A stretch of DNA of 64,000 nucleotides, taken from NCBI GenBank assembly GCA_963793705.1, contig CAWCBC010000026.1:7877-71876 (forward strand). Reading direction: 5' to 3'. The stretch comes from an uncultured Acidobacteriota bacterium. GTDB taxonomy: Bacteria; Acidobacteriota; Vicinamibacteria; Vicinamibacterales; UBA2999. How positions within the stretch are numbered: position 1 is the stretch's first letter; every line of letters starts with the position of its first letter. A model generated the notes under the pieces. That model was given only the letters and a program-made list of their open reading frames with translations, was not told where the DNA came from and did no database searches. The position numbers were made by a program, and so were the translations under genes. Positions 50,945 through 62,858 of this stretch are shown in pieces.

Positions 50945-52249
50945 CGATGAACGACAGGATGGACGTGGTGAACGGAGCCGTGTCCGTGCGTGATGGACGG
51001 ATCGCGTCGGTCGGCGCCGAACCCGGCCGACCTCATCGACGCCACGAGGCACGATGTCGCGATCGACGCGACTGGCCACTTCCTGCTCCCGGGTTTCGTC
51101 CAGACCCACATCCACCTCTGCCAGACGCTCTTCCGCGGGTACGCCGACGACCTGCGCCTGATGGACTGGCTGCGGACGCGCATCTGGCCGATGGAAGCCG
51201 CGCACACGCCGGCCTCGCTCCGCGCCGCGGCGCGCCTCGCGTGTCTGGAGCTGCTGCGCAGCGGCACGACGTCGATCCTGACGATGGAGACCGTGCACGA
51301 CACCGACGCGGTGATCGAGGCAACGGCGGCAACGGGCATCCGCGCGACGCTCGGCAAGTGCCTGATGGACGAGACGACGCCCGACGCGCCTGCCCGGCTC
51401 CGCGAGAACGGCCGTGCGGCGCTCGACGAAAGCCTCGCGCTCTCCGCCGCTATCACGGGACGGCGAACGGCCGCATCAGAATCGCGTTCGCCCCGCGGTT
51501 CGCGCTCTCGTGCTCACGGCAGCTGCTGGAAGCCGTCGCGGCAACCGCATCAGACCTGGCGGCGATCGTCCACACGCACGCGTCCGAGCAGCAGGACGAG
51601 GTCGCGATGGTGCGCGCGGCCACCGGGCGCGGCAACATCGAGTACTTCGACACGGTCGGGCTGCTGTCGCCGCGCCTGAACATCGCGCACTGCGTGTGGG
51701 TCGACGACGAGGAGCAGGCGCTGCTGGCGCGCGCACCAGCGTCAAGGTGACCCATTGCCCCGGTTCGAACCTCAAGCTCGGCTCGGGCATCGCGCCCGTC
51801 CCGGAGATGCGGAGCCGCGGCATCTGCGTCTCGCTCGGCGCCGACGGCGCGGCCTGCAACAACCACCTCGACATGTTCGGCGAGATGCGTCTGGCGGCCG
51901 GCCTCCAGTCGATTCGGCACGCGCCCGGAGCTCTTTCTGCGCGCGATGCGCTGTGGATGGCGACGCGGGCTGGCGCCGCCGCGCTCGGGCTGGACGCCGA
52001 AATCGGCTCGATCGAGGTCGGCAAGAGGGCCGACCTCATCCTCATCGACGCGATGTCGCCGCAAGTGGCCCCATCGCCCGACCCCTTCTCCGCCATCGTC
52101 TACGCGGCGCGCCCGAGCGACGTCAGGCTGACGATGGTGGACGGGGAGGTTCTGGTGAGGGATGGCGCAGCCGCTGCACCTGGATGCCGCGGAGATCGCG
52201 GCAGAAGCGCGAGTCGCATGCCGCGGAGCTGGCTCGAAGAGCGCTATAA
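50910..52249 (+). CDS. Amidohydrolase (5'-deoxyadenosine/MTA-SAH/guanine deaminase family; frameshifted; start approximate)
   Basis: [45 protein letters not shown]. Confidence 0.9.
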
Positions 52250-52272
52250 TTTTGCTAACCTTCTGACAGCCA

Positions 52273-53328
52273 ATGGGTTCCATTACGAAGCCTCTCCGAT
52301 CGGCCCCGCCGCGTGCTTGCCACGCTGGTCCGCGAGTACATCGAGACCGGCGAGCCGGTGTCCGTCGCAGATGCTCGCGCGCAAGAGCGGCCTCGGCGTG
52401 TCGTCCGCGACGGTGCGGAACGTGCTGGCCCAGCTCGAAGAGCTCGGCTACGTGCACCAGCCGCACACCTCAGCGGGACGCGTGCCGACCGATCGCGGGT
52501 ACCGGGTGTTCGTCGATCTGCTGCTCGAGAGCCGACAGCCGGCGCGCCCGCCGTTCAGCGTCGAGGATGAGATCCGCGCGCAGGCCGGCCGTTCGCCGCT
52601 CATCGACGATCTGCTGGTCAGCGTGTCGCACCTCGTCTCGCGCGCCGCGCGGTCATGTCGGATTCGCGCTGGCCGACAATCACGGCGGGATCCTCCAGCG
52701 CATCGAGTTCGTCGCGCTCGGCGGCCGTCGAGTGCTGGTCGTGGTCGTCTCGCGCGGCAACCAGGTCACGCAGAAGGTCGTGGACGCCGGCGAAGAGCTG
52801 CGGCCGATGGATCTGGTGCAGGCGGCGAACTACCTGAATACCGAATTCGCCGGCCTGCGGCTTGCTCGACGTGCGGGAAGCGGTGCTGGCGCGGCTGCAG
52901 CAGGAGCGCACGCCTTTACGACGAACTGCTCCGCCGGGCGCTGCGTCTGGCGCAGCAGACGCTCGAGACGCTGCCCGGCCAGACCGTCGTTCCACGTCGA
53001 AGGCGCGGCGGCGCTGCTCGACGATGCGGACGACAGCGTGTCGAGGGCCACGCTGCGCGCGCTGCTGGAGATGATGGAAGAGAAAGAGCGCCTCGTGCAC
53101 CTGCTCAACCAGTACATCGACGGCCCCGGCCTGACCGTTGTGATCGGCGCCGAGCACGCGGCCCCGAATCTCCGCTCGTTCAGCCTGATCGCCTCGACGG
53201 CTGTGGACGGCGACACCACGCGCACGGTCGGCGTCATCGGGCCGACGCGCATGCACTACTCGCGCGCGATTACGCTGGTCGACGGAACGACGCAGGCCGT
53301 CTCGCGCGTGCTGCGCGACGCGAACTGA
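52273..53328 (+). CDS. hrcA: Heat-inducible transcription repressor (frameshifted)
   Basis: [41 protein letters not shown]. Confidence 0.95.
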   Translation: MGSITKPLRSAPPRACHAGPRVHRDRRAGVRRRCSRARAASACRPRRCGTCWPSSKSSATCTSRTPQRDACRPIAGTGCSSICCSRADSRRARRSASRMRSARRPAVRRSSTICWSACRTSSRAPRGHVGFALADNHGGILQRIEFVALGGRRVLVVVVSRGNQVTQKVVDAGEELRPMDLVQAANYLNTEFAGLRLARRAGSGAGAAAAGAHAFTTNCSAGRCVWRSRRSRRCPARPSFHVEGAAALLDDADDSVSRATLRALLEMMEEKERLVHLLNQYIDGPGLTVVIGAEHAAPNLRSFSLIASTAVDGDTTRTVGVIGPTRMHYSRAITLVDGTTQAVSRVLRDAN

Positions 53329-53358
53329 CGACATTGACGACGTCACGACGCACCTCGA

Positions 53359-53927
53359 ATGGCCGAACAAACACTACGACGATCCTGAATCACATCGAAG
53401 CGACCGCTGCCGACGACGAGACCACGGCTGAACAGTCGGACGCGGCCGGCGCAGCGACCCGCGGCAGCCGCCGACGAGGCCCTGGCTGCGCTGCAGAAGC
53501 GAACGCGACGCGCTGAAGGAGCAGTTCCTCCGCGCGGCCGCGGACTTCGACAACTACCGCAAGCGGATCGAGCGCGAGCGCCGCGAGCTGTCGGAGTACG
53601 CCGCCGCCGACGTGCTGCTCGAGCTGCTGCCGATCATCGACAACTTCGAGCGCGCGCTGCAGGCGCCGGCCGGCGGCGACGCCGACGCGTTCAGCACGCG
53701 GCATCGAGCTGATCCACAAGCAGATGCTCGACCTGCTGCGCAAGCGCGGCGTCACGCCGATCGACGCGCTCGGCGCCGACTTCGACCCGAACGTGCACCA
53801 GGCGGTGATTCACGAGCCGAGCGACGAGCATCGCGAAGGCGAAGTGATGCAGGAGCTGCAGCGCGGCTACAAGCTGGGCGACCGGCTGCTGCGCCCGGCC
53901 ATGGTGAAGGTCGCCAAACGTCCGTGA
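53359..53927 (+). CDS. grpE: Nucleotide exchange factor GrpE (frameshifted)
   Basis: [45 protein letters not shown]. Confidence 0.95.
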
Positions 53928-55071
53928 GCAAGCGCGACTACTACGAAGTCCTCGGCGGTCAAGCGGGACGCGACCGAGGTCAGGAGATCAAGAGCGCGTA
54001 CCGCAAGCTGGCGCTCAAGTACCACCCGGACCGGAACCCGGGCGACCACGCCGCCGAGGAGCAGTTCAAGGAAGTCCGCCGAGGCGTACTCGGTGCTCGC
54101 CGACGGCGACAAGCGGCACCTGTACGACCGCTACGGCCACGCCGGGCTCGGCGGCGCCGCCACCGGTGGGTTCGATCCCAACGTCTTCACCGGCTTCGAG
54201 GACATCCTCGGCGGCCTTGGCGACATCTTCGGCTTCGGCGACGTCTTCGGCGGCGGGCGCCGGCGCGGTGGCGTCCAGCGCGGCGCCGACCTCCGCTACG
54301 ACCTCGAGATTTCGTTCGACGAAGCGGCCAAGGGCACCGAAACCACCATCCAGATTCCGCGGCAGGAAGCGTGCGAGACCTGCGCCGGCACCGGTGCGGC
54401 CGCCGGGCTCGAAGCCGACGACCTGTCCGCAATGCCACGGCCGCGGCCAGCTCCGCTACCAGCAGGGCTTCTTCACCGTCGCCCGCACCTGCGGTCAGTG
54501 CCGCGGCACCGGCAGCGTCATCGCCAAGCCGTGCGCCACGTGCAAGGGCGCTGGCCGCGTGCAGAAGGAGCGCAAGCTAACCGTCCGCGTGCCGGCCGGC
54601 ATCGCCACCGGGCAGCGCCTGCGCCTCACCGGTGAGGGCGAGGCGGGCGGACCGGGCGGTCCTGCGGGCGACCTCTACGTCGTCATCCACGTCCAGGATC
54701 ATCCGTTCTTTCAGCGCGACGGCAACGACCTGTACTGCGAGGTCCCGCTCAACTTCTCGACGCGTCGCGCTTGGCGGCGAGATCACGGATCCCGACGCTC
54801 GAGGGCGACGAGCCGTTCAAGGTGCCGGAGGGCACCGAGAGCGGCCAGTCGTTCCGGCTGCGTGGGCGCGGCATGCCGGACGTGACCGGCCGCGGGCGCG
54901 GTGATCTGTTCGTGACGATGAAGGTGATCACGCCGAAGAAGCTGACCAAGGAGCAGAAGAAGCTGCTCGAGCAGCTCGCGGCCTCGCTGCCGAAGGAACA
55001 GTTCGAGCCGACGCCCGTCGAACCACGAAGACAAGGGGCTGTTCGGCCGCGTCAAGGACATCTTCGGATAG
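53924..55071 (+). CDS. dnaJ: Chaperone DnaJ (frameshifted)
   Basis: [13 protein letters not shown] region, four CxxCxGxG repeats. Confidence 0.97.
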
Positions 55072-55074
55072 CTG

Positions 55075-55905
55075 GTGGCGCGCACCTGGCCGGCGGTCGT
55101 CGTCTCCGGCCTCGCTCGGGAGAACTCGTCGACGACGCTCGGGGACGAAGCGGAGCTGCTGCACGCCACGCTCGCCAATCACAACGTCGCGGCGATCGAC
55201 GAACCCTCAGCGGATCAGTGGCGCGTCTTCTTCAACGACGCCGGCGGACCGCGGCCATGCGCTGACCGAGCTGCGCCGCGGATTCCCGCATCTGCGCGTC
55301 GATCCGCTGGACGTGGCGGACGAAAACTGGGCGGCGCGCTCGCAGGCGAACCTGCGCGCGGTGCACGTCGGGCGCATCATCGTCGCGCCGCCCTGGGACA
55401 CGCCGGTCACGATTGTGATCAGGCCGTCGATGGGCTTCGGCACCGGCCATCATGCGACCACGCGGCTGTGCCTCGCCGCGCTGCAGCAGATCAGCCTCGA
55501 CCGGTGCACGCGTGCTCGACGTCGGCACCGGCTCGGGCGTGCTGGCCATCGCCGCGAGCCTGCCTGGGCGCCGAAGAGGTCACGGGCATCGACGATGACC
55601 CGGATGCGATTCAGGCGGCGTGGGACAATCTGTCGCTGAATCCGTCGGCGCAAGTGACGCTGATCGTCGGCGATCTCAAATCGACCGAACTGCCGCCGGC
55701 CGATACCATCCTGGCGAACCTGACCGGTGGCATGCTGATTCAGTCTGCGGAGCGGCTTCGAAAGCTGACCAACGCCCATGGCCGGCTGATTCTCAGCGGC
55801 TTCACGGCGGACGAGGAGCGCGATGTGCTGGCGGCGTTCGGCGCGTTCACGGTCGAACATCGCGGCGAGGAAGGAGGGTGGGTGTGCGTGACGCTGAAGG
55901 AGTGA
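55075..55905 (+). CDS. prmA: 50S ribosomal protein L11 methyltransferase (frameshifted)
   Basis: [36 protein letters not shown]. Confidence 0.92.
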   Translation: MARTWPAVVVSGLARENSSTTLGDEAELLHATLANHNVAAIDEPSADQWRVFFNDAGGPRPCADRAAPRIPASARRSAGRGGRKLGGALAGEPARGARRAHHRRAALGHAGHDCDQAVDGLRHRPSCDHAAVPRRAAADQPRPVHACSTSAPARACWPSPRACLGAEEVTGIDDDPDAIQAAWDNLSLNPSAQVTLIVGDLKSTELPPADTILANLTGGMLIQSAERLRKLTNAHGRLILSGFTADEERDVLAAFGAFTVEHRGEEGGWVCVTLKE

Positions 55906-55949
55906 CGACTTCCAACTTCCAAGCTCCAACTCCCAAAAGATCGGGGTAA

Positions 55950-57275
55950 TCGTTGCGTTCTGCCTGATCCTCGTCTCGGGCAGCTGGCTCACCGCCGAAC
56001 GCTTTGGCTACCCGCCTGAGGAATTCACGGCCCGGCGCGCCAGGCTCGTGGACGTCCTGCGCGCGCAGTCGCCAGACGCGGGCACGCTGATCCTGTTCGG
56101 CAGGAGCGCGCCAATTCCCGGCGTGCGCTTCCGACAGGATCACGACTTCTACTACCTGACGGGCAACGAGGCGCTGAACGCGGTGCTCGTCATGGACGTC
56201 CAGGCAGGCGCGGCGCACCTCTTCATGCCGAAGCTGTCGGCCAGCCAGGTCCAGTACGAAGGCGGCAACTGGCTCGACGAGACGGATGCGGCGACGAAGT
56301 ACGGCTTCGCATCCGTGCAGCCGCTCTCGGCCCTTGCCGAATTCCTCGAGCGCAGGCTCAACGCGCCGGCAACAGGCGCGCTGTGGGCGCGGCTCTCCGA
56401 GGCCGACGAGGTCGATCAAGGGCGCGGCGAGGTCCGGAGCGGCGTCGCACGGCGGAAGGCGAACCCGCTCGCACAGTTTCCGACCGAGGATGCGGCCCTC
56501 GCCGCGGCGCTGCGCGCCCAGTTCCCCTCGGCCACGGTCCGGGACGTGACGCCGCACCTCGACCGCCTGCGCCTGATCAAAACGGCGCGCGAGATCGAGA
56601 TCCTTCGCTACAACGGCCGCATCAGCGCCGAGGCGATGACGCGGGCCATCAAGGCCGCGGCGCCGGGCACGTTACGAGTACGAGCTCGAAGCCGAGGCAA
56701 CGGGCTGGATGGTCAAACACGGCATCCAGGCCGCCGCCTACCCCGCCATCGTCGGCTCAGGGCCGATGGGGAATCAATGGCACTACCAGGACAACGGACG
56801 GCAGATGAAGGCCGGCGAGCTCGTCGTGATGGACTACGCCGGGTCGCTCGACTACCTGACCATCGACATCACGCGGACGTGGCCGGTCTCGGGCCGGTTC
56901 ACGGACGACCAGCGAAAAGCGTATGAGGCCGTGCTCGACACGCAGAAGGCGATCATCGGCGCCATCAAGCCCGGCGTGGCGCGCAGCGTCGTCCGGCGGA
57001 TTGCGGAGGACACGATGCGCAAGCACGGGTTCGACCCGCGCCATGCGTATACGGGACATTACGTCGGGCTGTCGGTGCACGACGTCGGCGATTGGAGCCT
57101 GCCGTTCGCGGAGGGTATGGTGCTGGCGATCGAGCCGATCATCGATCTGCCGGATCAGCAGTTACACGTGCGGGTCGAAGACACGGTGCTGGTGACCGCC
57201 ACCGGCGCGGAGGTGCTCAGCAGTGCGGCGCCGAAGGAAGTCAACGAACTGCTGCGCGCTGCTGAAACGGCTTAA
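55950..57275 (+). CDS. Xaa-Pro aminopeptidase (M24), probably secreted (start approximate)
   Basis: FRQDHDFYYLTG, RLIKT..EI, DITRTWP, GHYVGL.VHD, IEP, RVEDTV. Confidence 0.9.
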
Positions 57276-57371
57276 AGGCCGAAGCACTGAAGGTCGGCCT
57301 CTCCGGCAAGGACGCGAAAGCTGCTGGTCAGATGGTTCCTGACCTTCGATTTGCGTTTCGGGTTTTCGCGG

Positions 57372-58550
57372 TTACGTCCGGACGGCCGCCCAGCGCTCCG
57401 ACACCTTCCGGATCCGATCGAGCGCGTCCTGAATGTTCTCCAGCGACGCGGCGTAGCTGAATCGCAGATAGCCGTCGCCGTAGCTGCCGAACGCGGTGCC
57501 GCTCAGGCAGGCGACGCCCGCGTCGTTCAGCAGCATGTCGGCCAGCTCCTTGCTCGACATCCCTGTTCCACTGATATTCGGGAACACGTAGAACGCGCCA
57601 TCGGGCACGACGCAGCGGAACCCGGGAATCTCGTTCAGCCCCTTGACGATGAAGTCGCGGCGCCGCCTGAACTCGGCGACCATGCGATCGACATCGTCCT
57701 GCGGTCCGGTGAGCGCGGCCAGCCCGGCGCGCTGCGTGAAGCTGGCCGTGCACGAGTTCGAGTTCACCATCAGCTTGTCGACCGCGTCGGCCAGCCACAG
57801 CGGCATCACGCCGTAGCCGAGGCGCCACCCGGTCATCGAGTAGGTCTTCGAGAAGCCGTCGAGGATGATGGTCTTCTCGAGCATGCCGGGGAACTGCGTG
57901 ATCGACGACGGCTCGACGCCGTAGCAGATGCGCGAGTAGATCTCGTCGCTGAGCACGAGCACGTCGCGCTCACGCAGCATGTCGGCCAGCCTGGCCAGGT
58001 CCTCGCGCGGGATCATGCCGCCGGTCGGATTGGCCGGCGAGTTGAGGACGACCATCTTCGTCCGCGGCGACAGCTTCTGCTGGAACGTGTCGAGGTCGAA
58101 CGAGAAGCCGCGGCTCTCGACGAGCGGCATCGGCACCGGCGTGGCGCCGAGGAAGTTGATCATCGACTCGTAGATCGGGAATCCCGGGTTCGGATAGATC
58201 ACCTCGTCGCCCGGCTCCAGCACGGCCATCATCGTGAAGAACATGATCGGCTTGCCGCCCGGCACGACCATGACGTTCTTGCCGGTGACGCTGATGCCGC
58301 GGGTGCGCGAGATGTATTCGGCGATGGCGTCGCGGAAATCCGGGAACCCGGGCGTCGGACCGTATCCCGTCCACCCGTCCTCCAGCGCCTTCGTCGCCGC
58401 GTCTTTCACGTGCTGCGGCGTCGGAAAATCCGGCTGGCCGATTTCCAGGTGGACGATCTTCTTGCCTTGTGCCTCGAGCGCCCGCGCGCGCTGCAGCACC
58501 TCGAACGCGGACTCGATTCCGATCCGCGTCATGCGTTCCGCGAGTTTCAT
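57372..58550 (-). CDS. Class I/II PLP aminotransferase (aspartate aminotransferase-like)
   Basis: GQPDFPTP, NSPANPTG, SDEIY, GFSKTYSMTGWRLG. Confidence 0.95.
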   Translation of the reverse strand: MKLAERMTRIGIESAFEVLQRARALEAQGKKIVHLEIGQPDFPTPQHVKDAATKALEDGWTGYGPTPGFPDFRDAIAEYISRTRGISVTGKNVMVVPGGKPIMFFTMMAVLEPGDEVIYPNPGFPIYESMINFLGATPVPMPLVESRGFSFDLDTFQQKLSPRTKMVVLNSPANPTGGMIPREDLARLADMLRERDVLVLSDEIYSRICYGVEPSSITQFPGMLEKTIILDGFSKTYSMTGWRLGYGVMPLWLADAVDKLMVNSNSCTASFTQRAGLAALTGPQDDVDRMVAEFRRRRDFIVKGLNEIPGFRCVVPDGAFYVFPNISGTGMSSKELADMLLNDAGVACLSGTAFGSYGDGYLRFSYAASLENIQDALDRIRKVSERWAAVRT

Positions 58551-58575
58551 TGATCGGGTCCTCAGTGACGTCCTT

Positions 58576-58695
58576 TAACCACGAAGGACGCGAAGCCTCT
58601 ACATCCTGGTACAAGGTCACGAAGAAACAATTTCAAAGGAAATCGATCTTCGTGTTCTTGGGCCATGACTGCGACTCTTCGTGGTCTTCGTGGTT
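58576..58695. repeat. CACGAAG palindrome, copy P8
   Basis: taaccacgaag-gacgcgaag ... gtcacgaag ... cttcgtg ... cttcgtggt-cttcgtggtt. Confidence 0.9.
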
Positions 58696-58738
58696 TTATT
58701 TCGCCGCCTTGTCCACGATTCGTCATGTTCGTGCTCCA

Positions 58739-60589
58739 CTAGCGCGACAGCGCGGGAATGACTTCCGCGTGGTTGTACTTGCGCGCGAGTTCGAGAGCGG
58801 TGAGGCCGTCCTTGTTGCGGGCGTCAGCCTTGGCGCCGGACTTCAGCAGCAGCTCGATCATCGCCGGATCGCCGAAGTCGCTCGAAGCCGCCCACAGCAG
58901 CGGCGTCATGCCGAGCTTGTCGACGACGTTGACGTTGGCACCGCGGGCGATCAGCGTCCTGGCCATCGCCACTTCGTTGTTCAGCGCTGACCGGCCGAGC
59001 ATCGTGATGCCGTTGCCGTCGGCAAACTCGATCGGCGTGCCCAGCTCGAACAGCGTGCGGGCGACGTCCTCGTCGCCGAACTTGAACGCGCCCAGCAGCG
59101 GCGTCGTCCGCGACGTGCCGATCAGCGTCATCGGCTCGTCGATCTTCGCGCCAGCGTCGCGCAGCCGCTTCAGCACGGCGGCGTTGCCCGAGTAGGCGGC
59201 AAGGAAGAACGGATTGGCGTTGAATACCGGCGCGCCGCCCTCTGCCGGCGCCCCAACCTCGGCGCCGCGATCGAGCAGCAGGTTGATCGCTGCGGCCGAG
59301 TCCTGATACTGCGCGGCCACCATCAGCGCGCTGAACCGGTTTCGCGCCCGCGCGTTGACGCTGGCGCCGCGATCGAGCAGCAGCTTCATCTTTTCCGCGT
59401 CAGGCGCCGCGGCCATCAGCGCCGTCGTGCCGCCGGATTTCGTGGCCGCGTTGTGGATCCAGCCCCTGGTCGAGCAGCCGCCGCACGTCGGCGACCGAGC
59501 CAAACACGCATCGTCTCGACCCACGGCTCGACGCCCGACGGGATCGTCTCCGGCAGCGGCGGTGGCGCGACCGGCCGAGTCGGCGGCAGCGCATAGGCCA
59601 AGGCCATCACCGCCCAGCTCGCCGCGGTCATCGAAATGAACTGATCGTGCCCTTCCGGATAGCCCGCGTCGAAGTACGGAGGGCTGAGCGGCGCCGGAGG
59701 ATTCAACCGCGACTTGAGGCGCCACGAACCGTCGGCGGCCTGCGCCTTCAACAGATACTCGACGCCGCGGCGCCATCCCGTATCGATGTCGCCAACGCCG
59801 CCCTCGCGCAACGCCACCAGCGCCTGCGCCGTCGCGTAGACATCACTGTCGCGTCCGGCGAACGCGCCCCATCCGCCGTCCGGCCGCTGCGCCGCTTTCA
59901 GCTCACGCGCCAGGCGCTGCAGCGTGTTGCGATCGGCACCAGCCCACTTCAGCCCGATGATTCGATACGCGTGCTCCTCGGTGGCTCGGGCCTGCTGTTT
60001 CTCGAGAAACGTCCGCGCGCGGGCGACCGCTGCCGCCGCCGCGGCCTTCTGGCTCGAATGGTGGTACAGCTGCACGGCGCGCAGGCCGAGCGCCGTCATC
60101 GTGAAACGGCTGTACGACGAGGGCGGACGCTGATGGAAGCCGTCCCAGTCGCCGTCGCGGTTCTGCCGCGAGATCAGGAGACGCGCATACACCGCGGCGC
60201 CGAGGTTCGGCTCCACGCCCGCCGCATGCGCCGCCACCATGCGATAGGCGTCGTCCATCGCCGGCTCGATGACGTACGGAATACTGAATCGCGCGATCGA
60301 TGTCGGCAAAGGTGAAGGCCTTGACCGCATCGGCATGCGCGATCGCCTCGTCCACCGGGATGCCGCGTTCACGCGCCGCGCGGTACGCCAGGGCCGGCTG
60401 GTATTGGTGGTGGCACGAGCCGCACACCTGCTTGTTGGCGGTGTACCACGTGGACTGGGCCTTCTGAATGGCGGCAACCGCCCGCGTCGCCGCCTCGCGC
60501 ACGCGCGGCGCATCGTCTTCGCTCTGCGCGCTGGCAAGAGCCGGGATCGCGAGGAGGGCCGTCAGCATCCAGAACAATTGCTTCTTCAT
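58739..60589 (-). CDS. Secreted prenyltransferase/squalene-cyclase-repeat plus ankyrin protein with CxxCHH (frameshifted)
   Basis: CGSCHHQ; QNRDGDW, QRPDGGW, QAADGSW (QW motifs); C-terminal ankyrin repeats. Confidence 0.85.
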
Positions 60590-60604
60590 GGAGGAAGCAT
60601 TTTA

Positions 60605-60677
60605 TAACCACGAAGGCACGAAGGGGATCGAAGAACACGAAGTAAGATCTTCAGGACTCTTCGTGTCCTTCGTGGTT
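60605..60677. repeat. CACGAAG palindrome, copy P9
   Basis: taaccacgaag-gcacgaag-gggatcgaag-aacacgaag ... cttcgtg-tccttcgtggtt. Confidence 0.9.
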
Positions 60678-60685
60678 CAACACTC

Positions 60686-61652
60686 ATGAAACACGCCCTG
60701 GTGACGGGTGGCGCCGGATTCATCGGCAGCCATCTCGTCGATTCGCTGCTCGCCGACGGCTGGCGCGTCACCGCCTTCGACAACTTCGATCCGTTCTACG
60801 ACCCGGCGATCAAGGACGGCAACGTCGCCGCACACCGGAAGAACCCGTCGTATGAGCTGGTGCGCGGCGATCTGCGCGACGCGAACGCCGTGGACTCGCT
60901 GGGAGGCACGTCCTACGACGTGATCGTCCACCTCGCCGCCCGCGCCGGCGTGCGTCCGTCGATCGAAGATCCCGTCGGCTATCAGAACGTGAACGTCACA
61001 GGCACGCAGCTGCTGCTGGAGCTCGCCCGCCGCATCGGCACCCGGCAGTTCGTCTTTGCGTCGTCGAGCAGCGTCTACGGCGTGAACCCGCGCGTGCCCT
61101 GGCGCGAGGACGACCACGTCCTGCAGCCGATCAGCCCGTACGCGAGCACCAAGGTGAGCGGTGAGCTGCTCGGGCATGTCTACAGCCAGCTGTACGGCAT
61201 GCGCTTCATCGCGCTGAGATTCTTTACCGTGTACGGGCCGCGACAGCGGCCCGACCTGGCCATTCACAAGTTCGCCAAGCTGATGCTCGCGGGCAAGCCC
61301 ATCCCCGTCTTCGGCAACGGCGGCACGAGCCGCGACTACACCTTCATCGACGACGTGGTGCGGGGCGTGCGGGCGGCGATGGACTACAGCGCCTCGCCAT
61401 ACGAAGTGATCAATCTCGGCAACACGAGAACCGTGCAGCTGTCAGAAATGATTGCCGGACTCGAGCGGGCGACGGGCGTGACGGCGCAAGATCGAGCGCC
61501 ACCCCGAGCAGCCCGGCGACGTTCCGCAGACGTGGGCCAACGTCGAGAAGGCGCGCGCCCTGCTCCGTTACAACCCGACGACGCCGTACGACAAGGGCGT
61601 CGAGCGCTTCGTCGAGTGGTTTCGAACGGCAATCGTAGGGGCCGACCTGTAA
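60686..61652 (+). CDS. NAD-dependent nucleotide-sugar epimerase (UDP-glucuronate 4-epimerase-like)
   Basis: TGGAGFIG, HLAARAGVR, ASSSSVYG, YASTK, RFFTVYGPRQRPDLA; 3' frameshift near 61490. Confidence 0.93.
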
Positions 61653-61664
61653 GGTCGGCCCTAC
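61635..61664. repeat. GTAG-type REP palindrome
   Basis: gtagg-ggccgacct-gta-aggtcggcc-ctac between convergent genes. Confidence 0.85.
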
Positions 61665-62098
61665 CTACAGCGCTGACGTGCACTGCGGACAGCGCGTCGC
61701 CTTCACCGGAATGCTGGACGCGCAGAACGGGCACTCTTTCGTCGGCGGAGCGGGCGCGTCGGGCGGCTTGAACCGGTTCGCCTGCTTGACGACGACGAAC
61801 ACGGCGAGCGCGACGATCAGGAAGCTGATGATCTCGTTCAGCAACTGGCCGTAGGCGATGACAGGAATCCCAGCGTCCTTCGCCGCCTTCAGCGACTCCG
61901 GAATGGCTTTTCGACCGATCGAGCACGATGAACAGGCTCGAGAAGTCCACGCTTGCCAAGCGCAGTCCAATCGGCGGCATCAGCACGCCCTCGACGAGCG
62001 TGGTGACGATTTTGCCCGAAGGCGGCGCCGATGATGACGGCCACGGCCAGATCGATCACGTTGCCGCGGCTGAGGAAAGCCTTGAACTCTTTCAGCAT
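61665..62098 (-). CDS. mscL: Large-conductance mechanosensitive channel with C-terminal Cys4 tail (frameshifted)
   Basis: [34 protein letters not shown]; CPFC...CPQC. Confidence 0.93.
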
Positions 62099-62120
62099 GT
62101 GCGTCCTGTCGAGTGCGTGT

Positions 62121-62702
62121 CTATTTCTGGACCGGCGTTTCGGTCACTCTCCGCCAGCTCGCGTCGAGCCGCTCGGCCTGACGAAGCTCCTCCCACATCT
62201 CCTGCTCGACCTCGGGACTGATGCGCAGGGCGCGGTTGACGCCTCGCGTCAGGCCGTCCGTGTAGCCGCGCAGATAGGAATCGGACAGCGCCGGTGCGGA
62301 CATGGCGGCCAGAAACGCCGGCAGCGCCATCAACAGCCCCACGGTGGTGGCGACGGCAAGCACCGTGAACCAGACGCCGGGAACCGTCAGCCCGAATAGC
62401 CACTGCGCCGCACCCGCCAGCCCGTCTGACTCGAACCAGAGCCCCCAGGCAGCCACGGCACCGGCAAGCCACAGGCCGAAGCCGAGCGCGCCCAGGCGCA
62501 CGTACTTGCGGTGCCACGCGTGCCACTCGTTGTGGATCGCCGTCCGCTCTTCGTGTGAGAGAAAGGTGAGGCGGTGAATGTCGCCAAGGCTGTATGCGAC
62601 CTGGTACTGCTCCGGCCGCTCCATGACCGAGACGGACAACCGGTGCTTCGCGCGAAATACCTCGCGAACGGCGGCTGGGTCGGACTCGTTGACCGCCCCC
62701 AC
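62121..62702 (-). CDS. Hypothetical membrane protein
   Basis: 193-aa ORF with about 3 hydrophobic segments. Confidence 0.55.
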   Translation of the reverse strand: MGAVNESDPAAVREVFRAKHRLSVSVMERPEQYQVAYSLGDIHRLTFLSHEERTAIHNEWHAWHRKYVRLGALGFGLWLAGAVAAWGLWFESDGLAGAAQWLFGLTVPGVWFTVLAVATTVGLLMALPAFLAAMSAPALSDSYLRGYTDGLTRGVNRALRISPEVEQEMWEELRQAERLDASWRRVTETPVQK

Positions 62703-62858
62703 CGCATCCGTGGACGCCGGCGCGCTGCCTCGATCGGCCCTTCTTCAGCCACAGGGGCGTGATTGTAGTCGGTTCAGGGTTCGAGTGTGACCGTGCTCGA
62801 TCCCGACACGCAGAAGGCGGCATTCTGGCGCATGCCGCTGGCGGTGGTGCCGTTGCCG

